DNA of 32,000 nt, from positions 1 to 32,000 of the forward strand of contig NW_008806277.1 in assembly GCF_000400465.1 (NCBI RefSeq), read 5' to 3'. Positions 29,769-32,000 of this stretch are shown here, piece after piece. A program made the translations under genes and the position numbers. Origin of the DNA: Wallemia ichthyophaga EXF-994. Lineage: Eukaryota; Fungi; Basidiomycota. A model generated the notes under the pieces. It was given only the letters and a program-made list of their open reading frames with translations. It was not told the DNA's origin and did no database searches. Positions within the stretch are counted from its first letter, which is position 1. Every line of letters starts with the position of its first letter.

Positions 29769-29779
29769 CATTGAAATAA

Positions 29780-29786
29780 TTTTTTT
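29780..29786 (+). terminator. RNA polymerase III oligo(dT) terminator
   Basis: A run of 7 T begins 11 nt after G37 of the 5' half. Confidence 0.75.
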
Positions 29787-29819
29787 CTTATTCACTTTAT
29801 AAGTGCGGCAGAATAACGA

Positions 29820-30646
29820 CCGTTATCATCAATTGCGTTTCACTCAAGCCAAATTTTTAGCCCTATCACTGACACTCACGTTTCAACATAAAAAGTGATA
29901 CGAACATAAAACTTTCTTCTCAAATGATTTAAGGTTTTGAAGTACTTGTATTATTTGCACGACTCTCGTTGGTTGTTTTCTAGATTTACATTATTAAGTG
30001 AATCCGGTTAAATGGCATCTGCATTGTTTTCTGAGCCACTACTATCTAAGCATTTTCGTTATTCCAATATTTCATAGCGTTTGAAATGGTTGAGATTGAG
30101 ACACTGTCTCTCAATCGAATACCCGTAGATTGTCTTTGGCAGCGTGAGGAAGAATTTAAAATGACCTGAAGCATTGGCAGAGTTTTAATTCTATTTCTTT
30201 AGGCCTTTTTTACACTCTTCACGTCAGCTCGTCACCCTCGAATTAAACCCCTCTTCGGAAAGGTTTCTGGGTTTCAGCTAGTAAGATTAACAGAATACTT
30301 GGAAGCAAAGTGACTACAAGAATTGTTTACTAAGGGATTTTCCAATGTGTGCTATGTGGGCGTCTATTAACCGAGCGTAGCTCAACGATACAGCCTCAAT
30401 CTTGCAGCAACATAGATTATCTCAGCAGGGAGCCTTGCGAAGGACTTCTTGTTGGATGTTTTGTCGTCTGTGGATTGCTTTGTCTTGGTGGTTGAGGTTA
30501 GATAGAGAGATGAAGTGAGGGATGGAGAGCAAACCTACCAGGAGTATCGCTCAAAGTGGACTTTGAACGGACTGCCAGATCTTAGTTGGAGTTCAGAAAG
30601 AGTTAAATGAGCGGAGATAAAGCTTACTGGGAGTAGCAAAGACCAT
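29820..30646 (-). pseudogene. Fragmented multi-exon coding-like region with an F-box-like motif; pseudogene or unresolved gene model, boundaries approximate
   Basis: ATG at 30646 followed by clear splice signals (GTAAGC..TAAG; GTAGGT..CTAAC). One frame reads KKSFARLPAEIIYVAARL (30441-30415). I could not build a stop-free model. Confidence 0.3.
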
Positions 30647-31060
30647 TTACAGGGAAAGGGCTAAACCCGCCATACTATGGTCCACAAGACGGCGAGCCGC
30701 GAGGAAATAAGTGTGGGCCACTACAGAACGCAGCGGTGTTAGAGTCGTTAATGTACTTTGACTCACGTGACTCTTGCCTTGTCTGTTGTGTTTCACTAAC
30801 CCGTTACCCTCGTTCCTAGTCTCGCGGCTAACAGCGTTGAAAGAGGGGTGATGAGCAAAACAAAGTACCATCTCAAAGCATACATATGAGAAAATTAGAA
30901 ATCACGATATCAACGCCTATCGCATGTCTGCTGATGACTGTGAAAAAAGCGTGAAAATCAAATGCATCATACAAGTTGGATAAAGCTGGATATCATTAGG
31001 ACGTCGTGCGTGTGAGTAGGTGGATATAATAAGAGGGGAAACACTGAGTTAAGCTGGCAT

Positions 31061-32000
31061 CTAGCGAGTTAGTTCTGGCGAGTTCTGCCAAGCAGAGTTT
31101 TGCAAAGTGAGCAGTTTATGAGTTTCGAGGCATTCCGCAATGAGACCTGGATAATTATGTTCCATCTCCTCTCTTACCGAATAAGCCCTGTAAAGAATCT
31201 CCGCAGTCTGTTTATCCTGCAGGAGGACTCTCAAGGAACCTCGAACGAACGGAAAAAGTTTACAACATTTCTGCAAGTCGTTATTCAGCGCGTTGAATTT
31301 TAAAGCGACAATATCGATATGAAACCCATTTAAAGCGCGCATCTCATCCTTTTGCGTCCGTTTTGTGATATAGTATTTCAGCAGAGCACGTTTCTTACAT
31401 GTCCTGTTTACAGAGTCTGTAAACTTACCAAATGTACGTAATGTATGTGTGTATCAAATTTAGTGGTGTATCGGTGGTGATTGAGCCATTTACCAGTTCG
31501 TAATTCTTGAAAATTATCATGTTCGGTTTACGCATGTAGCAGCTGTCCAGCGCGTTGAGAATTGCAATGAAGTGCTCCTGCGTTATCAAATCGAATCCAG
31601 GCATATCGACCAATGATGGTCGATGGATGCGGAGTAATTTGATACGGAAGTATTTGTCGCATATCGCAATGGCTAGCATCGCGGCTTTGAGATGTGTCAT
31701 GTGGTCTATGTTTATCGTTAGCTCTGTCGCACCGTCTGACCTACCAATCAGGAGATGTGTATTTTCAGTCTCGATGAGCGCGTCGAGTGTGAGAGTGAAC
31801 TTTTGCAGTACAGGCATTTTGTTGATGCATGTGGATAGCTGTGGACATGCTAATAACCGTGTGGATTTATTGAAGTGTTCCAGATTCAACTCAAGTACTT
31901 CTATCGAGTAGAGGAAATCTGTTGGTTGGAGTACACAGTTTTGAAGGAATGTCAGGTAAGATATCAGCTCAGCTGGTTTCGTGTTGTTTGTTGGTTTCAG
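31061..32000 (-). CDS. Partial CDS of unknown function, 5' end outside the window; frames 32000-31429 and about 31403-31061
   Basis: The frame is open from the window edge (LKPTNNTKPAELISYLTFLQNCVLQPTDFLYSIEVLELNLEHF...) to a GTAAGT donor at 31428. A second frame continues TCKKRALLKYY...MRALNGF...ELTR*. Confidence 0.5.

Noticed and set aside
30378-30387. A-box-like TAGCTCAACG suggesting a second tRNA half
   Set aside because: There is no GG at 18/19, no D-stem closure, and no B box or T arm nearby on either side.
30647-30871. 74-aa minus-strand ORF
   Set aside because: It has no motif and an unremarkable composition, and it lies directly upstream of the 30646 ATG, so it is more likely promoter or UTR.

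Overview
This is a very gene-dense window from a fungal nuclear genome. The proteins are basidiomycete-like, introns are about 42-55 nt GT-AG, and many intergenic spacers are only 10-80 bp; a Wallemia-like organism is my inference, not shown by the sequence. I assembled about 20 protein-coding genes by hand from splice sites. In order they are prolyl oligopeptidase, a DUF6534-type membrane protein with 4-nt and 12-nt micro-exons, sulfiredoxin, a Zn2Cys6 transcription factor, an orphan Zn-finger-like protein, PTC7, a hypothetical protein, CLP1, AP-2 mu, an Ies4-like protein, RAD3/XPD, a free-standing kexin-propeptide-like protein, TRM112, a GpsA-type glycerol-3-phosphate dehydrogenase, RGP1, an NDUFA4/B12D-like microprotein, CMC2, MTQ1/PrmC, ferrochelatase and a partial unknown gene at the right edge. 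The standout is at 29693-29768: a circularly permuted tRNA-Arg(ACG) gene. The 3' half (A38-A73) comes first, then a 4-nt linker CCAC, then the 5' half (G1-G37). The halves assemble into a canonical cloverleaf. An A-box/D-arm relic lies in the leader and a T7 Pol III terminator lies downstream. To my knowledge permuted tRNA genes are described from red and green algae, a nucleomorph and one archaeon, but not from fungi. All gene models and family calls come from manual reading and motif recall; no searches were run.
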